From: an uncultured Spirochaetales bacterium
GTDB lineage: Bacteria > Myxococcota_A > UBA9160 > SMWR01
DNA length: 64,000 nt
Assembly (NCBI GenBank): GCA_964413375.1
Contig: CAYPSI010000235.1
Span: 8,982 to 72,981 of the forward strand
Direction of reading: 5' to 3'
This document shows positions 19,051 to 26,565 of this stretch, in pieces. Position 1 is the stretch's first letter, and every line of letters begins with the position of its first letter. A program made the translations under genes and the position numbers. The notes beneath the pieces were generated by a model. The model was given only the letters and a program-made list of their open reading frames with translations. It was not told where the DNA came from and did no database searches.

Positions 19051-19479
19051 TCAGCTGGTTCCCTCGTTTCGCATCACGGAGTTGCCCACGAGGTCGATGC
19101 TCGGGCTTACGCTTGCGGCGAATCCGGGGAGAACCTTGAACGTGTACGGAAGGGTTACGGTGACGGTGCTGCTCGTCGTGCTGGTACCGCATACCCCGGA
19201 GATGGCGATATCGGCGTCCGCGAGGACGATCCCGAGCGGCGACGCGTAGTCCTTCACGCGCTGGCGCACCTCGGCCTCGACCGTGCCGGTGTTGCAGCCG
19301 GAGCGGAATACGACCGCGGTACGCGCACCCTCGCGGGCGGCGTTGCTGAGCGTCTGCCAGCGCCCGAAGAGGACGCCGAACTCGACGATCGAGAAGACGA
19401 GCATCAGCAGGACCGGCAGGATGATCACGAACTCAACCATCGCCATCCCGCGAGCTCGACGAGAGGTCTTCAGTTCCAT
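19051..19479 (-). CDS. tadE: TadE-like minor pilin
   Basis: RRARGMAMVEFVIILPVLLMLVFSIVEFG.. is the TadE-type processing and hydrophobic segment. 142 aa, starting at the ATG at 19479. Confidence 0.8.
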   Translation of the reverse strand: MELKTSRRARGMAMVEFVIILPVLLMLVFSIVEFGVLFGRWQTLSNAAREGARTAVVFRSGCNTGTVEAEVRQRVKDYASPLGIVLADADIAISGVCGTSTTSSTVTVTLPYTFKVLPGFAASVSPSIDLVGNSVMRNEGTS

Positions 19480-20141
19480 GGGGTCCCCCAGATCTGGAAA
19501 GCACACGCCCCGAGAGCCATCGCCACCGCGAAGGGCAGGCCATGCGCGGCCGCGGATCCGGCGGCGGGGCGGAAGTAGGTGAGTCGTCGCGTGAGCAGGG
19601 TCGCGTGGGCCGAGCGCAGCCAGCGCCCGAGCAGGTCGAGCAGGCCGCCCTGAACGGCGACGAAGGCCACCGCCAGGAGCCCCCCCACGACCAGCATCCA
19701 CCAGAACACGCCCAGGAAGGTCTCCGCACCCCACAGCGCGCCGAGCACCATTCCCGCCTTCACATCGCCGGCACCGAGCCAGCCGAGCGCGAAGGGGATG
19801 AATCCCACGCCGAGCGCGGCGGCGACGCCGAGCAGCGCGAAGCCCGCGCCGGCGAAGCCGGCGTGCAGCGCACCCAGCGCGATGGCGCCGAGCAGGGACG
19901 GGAAGGTCAGCCAGTTCGGTATGCGCAGGCTGCGGACATCCTGGTGCACGGCCAGCAGGAGGAAAGCCGCTGCCCACCCGAGGGCGGGCAGCGGCGTTTC
20001 CTTCCCAGGGGTCCACACGAGACTCGCTGCCGCGAGCAGGGCCACCGCGATCGCAATCGCTTCGCGGACCGGTTGGGCCGCATCGGCGAGCCGCGGCGCG
20101 CTCGAGGGCGCGTGCGGGGAGGTTTCGATCGCGAGACTCAT
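19470..20141 (-). CDS. cpaA: Prepilin peptidase CpaA/TadV (A24 family)
   Basis: A polytopic membrane protein with the two Asp motifs HQDVRSLRIPN and GAGDVKAG that are characteristic of A24 prepilin peptidases. Confidence 0.85.
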   Translation of the reverse strand: MSLAIETSPHAPSSAPRLADAAQPVREAIAIAVALLAAASLVWTPGKETPLPALGWAAAFLLLAVHQDVRSLRIPNWLTFPSLLGAIALGALHAGFAGAGFALLGVAAALGVGFIPFALGWLGAGDVKAGMVLGALWGAETFLGVFWWMLVVGGLLAVAFVAVQGGLLDLLGRWLRSAHATLLTRRLTYFRPAAGSAAAHGLPFAVAMALGACAFQIWGTPWN

Positions 20142-20165
20142 GTGGATTCTTGCCGATCTCGACAG

Positions 20166-20345
20166 TTACGGCGTGGCCGGATTGATCTCGGCCTCGATGT
20201 CGCCGAGGGCCGCGTCGATGTTCGTCGCGAGATCGCCCCAGAAGGCCGCGGCGGCGACGGCGAAGACGACGCCGACGATCGCCCACTCGACCATTTCCAT
20301 TCCATCCTGCTCGATGACGAGGCGCTTGACGGTGTGCCAGAGCAT
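20166..20345 (-). CDS. flp: Flp-family type IVb pilin (59 aa; absent from the supplied ORF track)
   Basis: Translating the reverse strand gives MLWHTVKRLVIEQDGMEMVEWAIVGVVFAVAAAAFWGDLATNIDAALGDIEAEINPATP. AGGAGAA lies 6 nt before the ATG. There is a G/xxxxE[YW] Flp processing motif followed by a hydrophobic helix. It sits 24 nt upstream of the prepilin peptidase gene. Confidence 0.8.
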   Translation of the reverse strand: MLWHTVKRLVIEQDGMEMVEWAIVGVVFAVAAAAFWGDLATNIDAALGDIEAEINPATP

Positions 20346-20434
20346 TGCTGCTTCTCCTAGTTGCTTGAGTTCGTTCTCTCGCCCTGTCCGGATCCGATCC
20401 CCGGAATCCGTTGCGCAGGGATGCCGGGTACTAG

Positions 20435-20450
20435 AGCAAGAGCCGTGCCG
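20435..20450 (-). promoter_or_regulatory. Candidate sigma54 (-24/-12) promoter of flp
   Basis: The minus strand reads TTCGGCACGGCTCTTGCTCTAG. This is GGCACG-N4-TTGCT with GG and GC exactly 10 nt apart, and the -12 element is about 90 nt upstream of the flp ATG. Confidence 0.55.
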
Positions 20451-20581
20451 AATGGGTGGATTCGGCTACGGAGTGCGCAAGCGAATCCGTAACTCCGCAG
20501 GGTGTCGCGCTTCCATCGGCGGGACGCGCGTCGGATGCGCGTGTGCAGCGGCTTGCGCATCGCAGCCGTATCGGGGGTCAG

Positions 20582-20605
20582 GGGTGCCGTAATTTGTCGG
20601 CACCC
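20582..20605. other. Perfect dyad GGGTGCCG-N8-CGGCACCC (possible activator-binding site or terminator hairpin)
   Basis: Read directly from the sequence. The arms are 8 bp and the loop is the AT-rich TAATTTGT. It lies about 145 bp upstream of the flp -24 element and about 35 nt past the stop of the 20641-20979 gene. No U-tract follows. Confidence 0.35.
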
Positions 20606-20640
20606 TCCCCGCTATGGCGCAGCTTGCGTAGGTCCGCGCG

Positions 20641-20979
20641 TCAGTCGTCGCACTGGGTCGACGATGGAGAGATCCGCTGACACGCGAAGGCCTGCGTCAC
20701 GCCGCGCGCGAGTACGGCGCAGGCGGTGGAGAGGCCCTCGCGGATGGCTTTCTCGCGATCGGCGCCGGAGGCCCTGCGGCAGGCGTGCTCGCCCTCGAAA
20801 TCGACGCAGACCTCGCAGCGCACGCCCGTTTCGCGAGCCGTCGCGAGCAAGAGCGCAGCGAGGAAGAGCGCAGCGAGCGCCAGACCGACGAGGGTTCGGC
20901 TGCGGCCGGAAGTCAACGCGCGCCACCTGCCATGCCCGGAAGAGCCTAGCGGAGGCGGGCGGGGCCCCCGCGCTCGCAT
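20641..20979 (-). CDS. Small Cys-rich membrane-anchored protein (hypothetical)
   Basis: I use the ATG at 20979. One TM helix (TLVGLALAALFLAALLLATA) is followed by a ~65-aa domain with 6 Cys (CEVC..C..C..C..C). Third-position G/C bias is good. I recognise no family. Confidence 0.5.
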   Translation of the reverse strand: MRARGPRPPPLGSSGHGRWRALTSGRSRTLVGLALAALFLAALLLATARETGVRCEVCVDFEGEHACRRASGADREKAIREGLSTACAVLARGVTQAFACQRISPSSTQCDD

Positions 20980-21032
20980 GCCGTGGAACCCGGGGGAGCG
21001 ATCAGTCACACTCGCGCGTGGGGAGGGGAGCA

Positions 21033-21845
21033 ATGCCTGCGTGGCTCGGGTTCCCGCAGAAGCCCCTCCACCGCATCGGGCGACGGCTGCGCTTCCGCAT
21101 GCTCGGGTGGCTCAGCAATCGGCCTCCCAACTCGAAGCGCATCTACCTCGTGAGCGTCGGAGATCGCCGCTACAAGCGGGTGGTCTTCTCCGACTCGCAT
21201 CAGGCCGAGATCGCTGCGGCGCGCCTCGAGGCCTTCGGGCCCTCCGCGATCTACCCGGCGCTCGTCCTCCAGCGCGAGCGCGAGCTTTGGGTCGAGTACG
21301 TGGAGGGGGAGGCGTTGCGCCAGGCCGATGGCGAGGTGGTCGCCCAGCTGGCTGACCTCTTCGCGGTTCTGTACCGGCGCGAGCCGCGCAGCGAGCCGAT
21401 CGAAGCCACAGCCTTCGCGTGGGCGCTCCACCGCGACCTGGGTTTCCTCCGCGACGTGGGGGTGATCTCCCAAGTCACGCACCGGCAGCTGGACGAGGTC
21501 GCCGGCAAGCTCGCTCCGAAGCAGGTGTGGGTGGGCTACGACTGCACCGATGCGATCCTGAAGAACTTCGTACGGGATCGCGACGGGCGCATCCGCGGCA
21601 TCGACGTCGAGAGCCTCGGGGCCGACCAGCTGCTGGGGAGCGGCGTCGCCAAGGCCGCGGTACGCTGGCTCGGCCCCTTGCGCAGCGCGTTCCTCGCAGA
21701 ACTTCGGGAGCGAGAGGTTCCCGATTTCATTGCCTACTTCCCCTTCGTGGAGCTGAGCTTTCTCGCGTTCTGGCAGAAATCCTCGTTCCTCGAGAAGAAG
21801 CGGCGGTTCGTGGATCCCTCCCTCTTCGACCGCTTCCTGCGATAG
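21033..21845 (+). CDS. Protein-kinase-like fold protein (divergent LPS-kinase/APH-like)
   Basis: The ATG at 21033 follows GGGGAGGGGAG. The D-x4-N element (DCTDAILKNFV) followed by IRGIDVE resembles the catalytic loop and metal-binding segment of Kdo/WaaP- or APH-type kinases. The assignment is tentative. Confidence 0.6.
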   Translation: MPAWLGFPQKPLHRIGRRLRFRMLGWLSNRPPNSKRIYLVSVGDRRYKRVVFSDSHQAEIAAARLEAFGPSAIYPALVLQRERELWVEYVEGEALRQADGEVVAQLADLFAVLYRREPRSEPIEATAFAWALHRDLGFLRDVGVISQVTHRQLDEVAGKLAPKQVWVGYDCTDAILKNFVRDRDGRIRGIDVESLGADQLLGSGVAKAAVRWLGPLRSAFLAELREREVPDFIAYFPFVELSFLAFWQKSSFLEKKRRFVDPSLFDRFLR

Positions 21846-21850
21846 CCGCT

Positions 21851-23071
21851 TTGGGCAGAGACGGCCATCATCTCGCCATCTTCCTGCGTTCGCTGGTCGG
21901 TGGGGGTGGCGCCGAGCGGATGATGGTGACGCTCGCGGGCGCCCTTCACGAGCGGGGTCACCGCGTGGACCTCGTGCTCGGGCGCGCGGTCGGGAACTTC
22001 CTCGACGAGATCCACCCGGGCGTGCGCGTCGTCGATCTCGGTGTGCGCACGATCCTGACGGCGCTGCCGGCGCTGCTGCGCCTGCCGACCGAAGCCCTGC
22101 ACCTGCTCCCGGCCTTCTTGCCGCCGGCGCCGCCGCGGGTGCTCGGCTGCATTCCCGCCCTCGCGCGCTACCTCCAGAGGGAGCGCCCCGAGGCGATGCT
22201 CTCGGCGCTCAACTACTCGAACCTCGCGGCCCTCTGGGCGCGCCGACTGGCGGGCGTGCCGACGCGGCTCGTGGTGAGCGAACGCAACACGCTCTCGCTG
22301 CGCGCATCGCGCTCGAGCCAGCGGAGCCTGCGCGCGCTCCCGGCGATGATCCGCCGCTTCTATCCGTGGGCCGATGCGGTGACGGCGGTCTCCGATGGGG
22401 TCGCCGACGATCTCGCCCGGGTCTCCGGCCTGCCGCGCTCGGAGATCGTCACGACCTGGAATCCGGTCGTCTCGCCGGCGCTGTACGAGGCGGCCGCGCA
22501 GCCGCTCGAGCACGCGTGGTTTCGGCCCGGAGAGCCCCCGGTCGTGCTGGGCGTCGGCAAGCTGCGCCCGCAGAAAGATTTCGCGACGCTGATCGACGCC
22601 TTCGCGAAGGTGCGCGCGAAGCGGCCCGCGCGCCTGATGATCCTCGGCGAGGGCTCCGAGGAGGGCCGCTTGCGCGTCCGGGCGCGCCGGCTCGACGTCT
22701 CGACGGACGTGGCGCTCGAGGGCTTCGTCGCGAATCCCTTCGCGTACATGGCCCGGGCGGCGGTATTTGCGCTCTCCTCGGCCTGGGAGGGCCTGCCCTC
22801 GGTGCTGATCCAGGCGATGGCCTGCGGCTGCCCCGTCGTGAGCACGGACTGCCCGAGCGGCCCCTCGGAGATCCTCGAAGGGGGCGCCCACGGGCCGCTG
22901 GTGCCGGTGGGCGATTCCGATGCGCTGGCCAGCGAAATCCTCCGGCTGCTCGACTCGCCCCCGGATCGCGAGGGGCCGCGGCGCCGCGCCGAGGACTTCT
23001 CGGTGGAGCGCGTCGCGCTGCGCTACCTCGCGGTGATGCTCGGGCCTTCGCAGGCGAGGGGAGAGAGCTAG
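21851..23071 (+). CDS. Glycosyltransferase (GT4/GT1-like, GT-B fold)
   Basis: The TTG start gives LAIFLRSLVGGGGAERMMVTLAGAL.. at the N-terminus. The C-terminal E-x7-E-type region (SAWEGLPSVLIQAMACGCPVVSTD) is typical of this family. Confidence 0.85.
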   Translation: MGRDGHHLAIFLRSLVGGGGAERMMVTLAGALHERGHRVDLVLGRAVGNFLDEIHPGVRVVDLGVRTILTALPALLRLPTEALHLLPAFLPPAPPRVLGCIPALARYLQRERPEAMLSALNYSNLAALWARRLAGVPTRLVVSERNTLSLRASRSSQRSLRALPAMIRRFYPWADAVTAVSDGVADDLARVSGLPRSEIVTTWNPVVSPALYEAAAQPLEHAWFRPGEPPVVLGVGKLRPQKDFATLIDAFAKVRAKRPARLMILGEGSEEGRLRVRARRLDVSTDVALEGFVANPFAYMARAAVFALSSAWEGLPSVLIQAMACGCPVVSTDCPSGPSEILEGGAHGPLVPVGDSDALASEILRLLDSPPDREGPRRRAEDFSVERVALRYLAVMLGPSQARGES

Positions 23072-23075
23072 CGCC

Positions 23076-24992
23076 GTGTGCGGCATCTGCGGCTACCTGG
23101 TGCGTGGAGAGAGCTTCCCGGCCGGCGAGCTCGAGCCGACCGTGGCGCGGATGGCCGAGACGCTACGGCACCGGGGCCCCGATTCCGGGGGGACCTGGAT
23201 CGACGCGGAAGCCGGGATTGCGCTCGGCCACCGTCGCCTCGCGATCGTCGATCTCACCCCGGACGGCGCGCAGCCGATGCTGTCCTCCTGCGGCCGCTTC
23301 GTTCTCGCGTTCAACGGGGAGATCTACAACTTCCGGGAGCTGCGCTCCGATCTCGAGGCGGAGGGAGTCCGCTTCCGGGGCCGATCGGATACGGAGGTCC
23401 TGGTCGAGGCAATCGCCCGTTGGGGCAGTGCAGAGGCGCTGCGCCGCGCCAACGGCATGCTGGCCTTCGCCGCGTGGGACCGCCGCGATCGCGTGCTGAC
23501 GCTCGCGCGCGATCGCCTCGGGAAGAAGCCGCTCTACTGGGGTCGCTTCGGCGACGCGATCGTCTTCGGCTCGGAGCTGAAGGCGTTGCGGGCGCACCCT
23601 CGCTTCCGCGCGGAGATCGATCGCGACGCGCTGGCGCATCTGGTGAAGTACTCCTACGTGCCGGCACCCGCCTCGATCTTCCGCGAGGTGCGCAAGCTCG
23701 AGCCCGGGACCTGGCTCGAGATCCCGGCGGCGCCGCGGGCGGCGCTACCCGCCCCGGTGGCGTACTGGTCCGCGCGCGAGGTGGCGGAACGCGGGCAGGC
23801 GCAGCGCTTCGGTGGCGACGAGGTCGAGGCGGAGGCCGCGCTCCACGATCTCCTCGCCGACGCGGTCGAGCGGCGCATGATCTCCGACGTCCCGCTCGGC
23901 GCGCTGCTCTCCGGGGGCATCGATTCGTCGACGGTGGTGGCGCTGATGCAGGCGCGCAGCAGCAAGCGCGTACGCACCTTCGCGATCGGTTTTCGCGAGG
24001 AGGCCTTCGACGAGGCGGCCCACGCGCGAGCCATCGCCTCCCACCTCGGCACCGAGCACACCGAACTCACCCTCACGCCTCAGGACGCGCTCGATGTGAT
24101 CCCGCGCCTGCCGACCCTCTACGACGAGCCCTTCGCCGACACCTCGCAGATCCCGACCTTCCTGGTCTCGCGAATGGCGCGCGAGCACGTAACGGTCGCG
24201 CTCTCCGGCGACGGGGGCGACGAGCTCTTCGCCGGCTACCGGCGTTACTTCCGCTGCCTCGAGCGCTGGCGATGGCTGGCGCGCCTGCCCGCAGGGCTTC
24301 GCGGACGTGCGGCCCGCTGGCTCGAAGGGGCGGCCGCGCTCGGCTGGGCGACCGGGGCCCCGGCCGCCCTCGGGCGGCTCGGGCGCGTTGCGGAGCAGCT
24401 CGCCGCAGCGGATCTCGAGGATCTCTTCGTGCGCGCGAGCGCGCGCTGTCCGGATGCGAGCCGCTTCGTGCTCGGCCAGCCGTCTCCCGATGGCCTGCTC
24501 CACGCGCCCGAGCGCTGGCCAGGGCTGACCGAGCCGCTCGAGCGGATGATGTTTCTCGATCTTGCCGGCAACCTGCCGGAGGACATCCTCACGAAGCTGG
24601 ACCGCGCGAGCATGGGGGTGAGCCTCGAGGTGCGCTGCCCGATTCTCGACCACCGGGTGGTGGAGCTCGCATGGCAGCTGCCCCCGGCCCTCAAGGCGCA
24701 CGCGGACGTCGGCAAGTGGCTGCTGCGCCGCGTGCTCGAGCGCTACGTGCCGAGCGAGCTCTTTGAGCGGCCCAAGATGGGCTTCGGGATCCCTCTCGCA
24801 GCGTGGTTGCGCGGCCCGCTGCGCGACTGGGCCGAGGCGCTCCTCGACCCGCGGCGGCTGCGCCAGGCGGGGTACCTGGAGGCCGACGCGGTTCGCCAGG
24901 TCTGGTCCCAGCACCTGTCCGGCTGGCGCGATCATCGCCTGCTGCTTTGGAACCTGCTCAGCTTCCAGGCCTGGAGCGACGAAATCAGCTGA
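23076..24992 (+). CDS. asnB: Asparagine synthase (glutamine-hydrolysing)
   Basis: MCGI nucleophile N-terminus, LAIVDL..GAQPM and the PP-loop LSGGIDSS. 638 aa. Confidence 0.92.
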   Translation: MCGICGYLVRGESFPAGELEPTVARMAETLRHRGPDSGGTWIDAEAGIALGHRRLAIVDLTPDGAQPMLSSCGRFVLAFNGEIYNFRELRSDLEAEGVRFRGRSDTEVLVEAIARWGSAEALRRANGMLAFAAWDRRDRVLTLARDRLGKKPLYWGRFGDAIVFGSELKALRAHPRFRAEIDRDALAHLVKYSYVPAPASIFREVRKLEPGTWLEIPAAPRAALPAPVAYWSAREVAERGQAQRFGGDEVEAEAALHDLLADAVERRMISDVPLGALLSGGIDSSTVVALMQARSSKRVRTFAIGFREEAFDEAAHARAIASHLGTEHTELTLTPQDALDVIPRLPTLYDEPFADTSQIPTFLVSRMAREHVTVALSGDGGDELFAGYRRYFRCLERWRWLARLPAGLRGRAARWLEGAAALGWATGAPAALGRLGRVAEQLAAADLEDLFVRASARCPDASRFVLGQPSPDGLLHAPERWPGLTEPLERMMFLDLAGNLPEDILTKLDRASMGVSLEVRCPILDHRVVELAWQLPPALKAHADVGKWLLRRVLERYVPSELFERPKMGFGIPLAAWLRGPLRDWAEALLDPRRLRQAGYLEADAVRQVWSQHLSGWRDHRLLLWNLLSFQAWSDEIS

Positions 24993-25043
24993 GGGTCGGC
25001 CCCGGGGCTCTGGTACTCTAGAGGGGCACCGCAGGAGGATCGG

Positions 25044-25352
25044 ATGCATCGGAGTCCGCGAAGGCTGCTGCTGCGACTCTCGCTGGGCCTGTTCCTGACG
25101 CTCGGGCTGCTCGGGATCGCACCCCCTGGGACCGAGCCGGAAGGGGCCGTCCGCAGTGCGCCGCCGGAATCTGGCCGCGCGACGGCTTCGCGGATGTCGA
25201 ACTACGAACCGCTGCGGGCAGGGCACCCGTTGCGCATCGCCGCCTACGTCCTGCACCCGGTCGGCGTGATCCTCGACTACGCGATCTTTCGTCCCTTCTA
25301 TTGGGTCGGCTCGCACGAGCCGCTGCGCACGCTCTTCGGGCAGGATGACTGA
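25044..25352 (+). CDS. Hypothetical small exported protein
   Basis: 102 aa with a signal-like N-terminus and a conserved-looking C-terminal segment (YVLHPVGVILDYAIFRPFYWV). GGAGGA precedes the ATG. Confidence 0.55.
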   Translation: MHRSPRRLLLRLSLGLFLTLGLLGIAPPGTEPEGAVRSAPPESGRATASRMSNYEPLRAGHPLRIAAYVLHPVGVILDYAIFRPFYWVGSHEPLRTLFGQDD

Positions 25353-25402
25353 CCGCCCGCTCGAGTTTTCTCTCGCGAACTGATTGTTCGGCCCTTCCAT
25401 TC

Positions 25403-25420
25403 TTGGTATGCTTGTTGCAT
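25403..25420 (+). promoter_or_regulatory. AT-rich promoter island upstream of lptC: sigma54-like TGGTAT-N5-TTGCA, overlapping a sigma70-like TTGTTC-N18-TATGCT
   Basis: TTGGTATGCTTGTTGCAT has GG and GC 10 nt apart and a perfect -12 TTGCA, but a degenerate -24 element. The surrounding ~40 nt is the most AT-rich stretch nearby. It abuts the ATG at 25421, so the geometry is ambiguous. Confidence 0.3.
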
Positions 25421-25996
25421 ATGAGACGCCGACACGCGAGTCGATCCATGCATCGGTCGCTCCTGGGCGGGCTCCCGGCCCTCGCGACGCTCTCGCTCGT
25501 GCTCGGCGCTCCGCTTCCTGCGGCGGCCGAAGAGGCTGAAGCCCGGGGGCCGCGCGTCCCAGGAGTCGAGGCCGAGGTCCACGTCACCGACATGACCTTC
25601 GTCGTGAGCCGGCAAGGTCAGCGCGATCTCGTGCTCGAGGCGCGCCGCGCGACGCTGCGGCCGGAGATCAACAAGGCCATGCTCTTCGACGCGAAGGTGA
25701 GCACTGCGGAGGGGCCGCGCGGTCGCCAGTTCGATGTCTACTGCGATCGAGGGGAGCTCGATCTGGTGAGCAACGATTTTCTCGCGGAAGGCAACGTGCA
25801 CGGGAGCACTGCCGAGGGCCACCGCTATGCAGCCCCCTGGGTTCGTTACGAAACGGCCCGCGGGCTCCTGTACACGGACGCACCGGTCGTCCTGCACGAC
25901 GGCGGCGGTACCTACCGCGGGGACGGCTTCCGCTACCACCTGAACGAGCAGCGTTTCGAGCTGCTCGGCAACGTCAGCGTGGTGCATACGCCGTGA
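25421..25996 (+). CDS. lptC: LPS export protein LptC-like (start 25421 or 25448)
   Basis: An N-terminal anchor followed by OstA-like beta-jellyroll repeats (VHVTDMTFVV..DVYCDRGELDLVSNDFLAEGNV..LLGNVSVV). It precedes lptA and lptB. Confidence 0.7.
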   Translation: MRRRHASRSMHRSLLGGLPALATLSLVLGAPLPAAAEEAEARGPRVPGVEAEVHVTDMTFVVSRQGQRDLVLEARRATLRPEINKAMLFDAKVSTAEGPRGRQFDVYCDRGELDLVSNDFLAEGNVHGSTAEGHRYAAPWVRYETARGLLYTDAPVVLHDGGGTYRGDGFRYHLNEQRFELLGNVSVVHTP

Positions 25997-26565
25997 CCCG
26001 GTCTCAGCGCGGGATCCTCGCCGCGTGGGTCGCGGCGCGATGCATCTGGCCGGTGGCCGCCGACGCCGAGCCGTCGCCTGTCGCCGAGGTCCCCGTGCCC
26101 GCCGTCGATGCGGCCCCTCCCCAGGCGCTCTTCGACCTCGGCTGGGATAGCGGCAAGCCCCTCTCGATCCACTCGGACGAGCTCGAATACGTGCAGGGGG
26201 CCGGCACCCGGCGCCTGATGTTCCGAAACAGCGTGAAAGTCGAGCAGGACGGCATGACGATCACGTCGGCGCGCCTCGAGGCCTTCTATCCGCCGAACGG
26301 GAACCAGCCGGACCGCCTGGTGGCCGAAGGAGACGTGCGCCTGGCAAAGGGCGAGCGCGTGGCGCGCTGCGCGCGTGCCGTCTACGAGCGAAAGAGCGAG
26401 GTCTTGACCTGCGAGGGCGGGGCAGAGCTCCAGCAGGGGGAGAGCCGTCTCAGCGGGGACGTGATCGAGATCGATCTGCGAGCCGATCGCGTACGCGTGC
26501 GCGGCGCCGCGGCCGTGACGCTCGAGTCGGGTCTCGCCGCTGCCGGCGAGGGGATACTGCCTTGA
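25993..26565 (+). CDS. lptA: LPS transport periplasmic protein LptA (OstA-like)
   Basis: The GTG start overlaps the lptC stop. It has a signal peptide and the OstA_N-like pattern (IHSDELEY..SVKVEQDGMTITSARLEAFY..AEGDVRLAKGERVARCARAVYE..). Confidence 0.8.
   Translation: MTRSQRGILAAWVAARCIWPVAADAEPSPVAEVPVPAVDAAPPQALFDLGWDSGKPLSIHSDELEYVQGAGTRRLMFRNSVKVEQDGMTITSARLEAFYPPNGNQPDRLVAEGDVRLAKGERVARCARAVYERKSEVLTCEGGAELQQGESRLSGDVIEIDLRADRVRVRGAAAVTLESGLAAAGEGILP

Noticed and set aside
7208-20345. The tad locus considered as a genomic island integrated at tRNA-Gly
   Set aside because: No integrase or recombinase gene is present. I found no direct repeat of the tRNA 3' end downstream. There is no visible compositional shift relative to the flanking housekeeping genes.
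20598-20613. Plus-strand CGGCACCCTCCCCGCT considered as a sigma54 promoter
   Set aside because: GG and GC are correctly spaced, but the -12 region lacks TTGC. Transcription from it would run antisense into the Cys-rich protein gene, with no plus-strand gene until 21033. It is better explained as the right arm of the dyad.
24993-25043. CTGGTACTCTAGAGGGGCAC upstream of the 25044 gene considered as a sigma54 site
   Set aside because: The position 10 nt after the GG does not carry GC, and there is no TTGC.
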